Positions 16,427 through 17,210 of a stretch of 17,210 bases of DNA are shown one piece after another. A program made the position numbers and the translations under genes. The notes under the pieces were generated by a model. That model was not told the origin of the DNA and made no database searches. It worked only from the letters and a program-made list of their open reading frames with translations. The DNA comes from an uncultured Nitrososphaerota archaeon (GTDB taxonomy: Archaea > Asgardarchaeota > Njordarchaeia > Njordarchaeales > Panguiarchaeaceae): NCBI GenBank assembly GCA_964636085.1, contig CAZWPQ010000041.1, forward strand, positions 1 through 17,210. Reading direction: 5' to 3'. Each line of letters starts with the position of its first letter. The first letter of the stretch is position 1.

Positions 16427-16777
16427 CCATTATCCAGTATGCCATGAATCAGAAATGAAAAACAGTTATAAAGAAAGGCAAATATAATAATTATCGCCTT
16501 TAGGATGAGATTATTACCGAGTTATTGGGGCAATATGGATGAAATCTCTACATGTTGGAAACTATGGAATAAACCTTTTACATCCACCCGACTGATGGTA
16601 GTCTATGTGCAGTATAGTAACCTATTAATGTTCTTTCGAGATTGCTACATACTTAACTGTTGTTTATAGCGATGTTCTTGGGAAAGTAATTCGCAAGGAG
16701 CGCCTACTAGACAAATATTAATACATATGTCTCTTTTAGTCTAGTAATCGATTATGTAACCATAGTTTGTATAGACA

Positions 16778-17210
16778 TTATTTTTTCTTTAAATTTTTCA
16801 TTAGCAATCTTGCAAGCCGCCGAATGTTGTGTTCTACAATAATATTATGCTTTTGGGCCTCATCCATAACCTTGGGATCTATTTGGCCAGTATAGGAAAA
16901 AATTATTAGCATATCAGGCCTAACACCCTCGATGTCACTAAATTTTTTTGCTCCCTCCAAAATTTGTCTAATATCTCTGAGGTCACACTTCTTGCATATC
17001 TCCACCAATGCGTAGAAACCATCTCCCTCAACTATGGCATCTATTTCCCTAATATCATAAGGAGCAGAATATACTAGAAGCCCATATTTTCCAAAAATCC
17101 TGCCTAGATCGCTAATGACTCTATACTCAATGATCTCCCCTCTAATTCTGGCAACCTCACCTATGAGTTCATTTAGTCTTTGCTCGGTCTTTCTCTGCGC
17201 CTCCGCGAGT
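16778..17210 (-). CDS. Second coiled-coil + PD-(D/E)XK-like protein (partial; 5' end beyond the window)
   Basis: The frame of track ORF 16778-17008 is open to the window edge: LAEAQRKTEQRLNELIGEVARIRGEIIEYRV...REIDAIVEGDGFYALVEICKK. Confidence 0.85.
   Translation of the reverse strand, partial: LAEAQRKTEQRLNELIGEVARIRGEIIEYRVISDLGRIFGKYGLLVYSAPYDIREIDAIVEGDGFYALVEICKKCDLRDIRQILEGAKKFSDIEGVRPDMLIIFSYTGQIDPKVMDEAQKHNIIVEHNIRRLARLLMKNLKKK

Noticed and set aside
3068-16487. Remaining short track ORFs nested in or antisense to long genes (e.g. 3827-4228, 4983-5300, 6939-7247, 9093-9425, 15837-16112, 16182-16487)
   Set aside because: Shadow frames of well-supported CDSs with no recognisable motifs.
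17009-17040. Apparent frameshift between the coiled coil and the track ORF 16778-17008
   Set aside because: Re-reading gives GTT GAG GGA GAT GGT in frame; 16778-17209 is 144 uninterrupted codons.

Overview
AT-rich archaeal genomic window, judged from GGTG/GGAG Shine-Dalgarno motifs, TATA-like boxes and archaeal-type protein families. An Asgard-type lineage is plausible but unproven. It is an accessory-looking mosaic of mostly monocistronic genes: two large secreted or surface proteins (a partial DUF2341/lectin-like protein with Asp-rich Ca-binding repeats that the ORF track missed, and a 1332-aa beta-solenoid/Ig membrane-anchored protein), two paralogous LAEAQ coiled-coil + PD-(D/E)XK-like genes, a 5'-truncated nucleotidyltransferase-like pseudogene with its coupled small partner gene, an isocitrate/isopropylmalate dehydrogenase-family enzyme, a multi-Fe-S radical SAM protein, a membrane protein, a GH2 beta-mannosidase, kptA, an 8-Cys zinc-finger protein, a class I methyltransferase and an MFS transporter. 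I saw no rRNA, tRNA, CRISPR array or transposase. No single complete novel system can be demonstrated from sequence alone. The best leads are the heptad-modular coiled-coil nuclease-fold paralogs, a shared TGTAT-N7-ATACA operator, a structured 5' leader, and a dehydrogenase with mixed specificity signatures.
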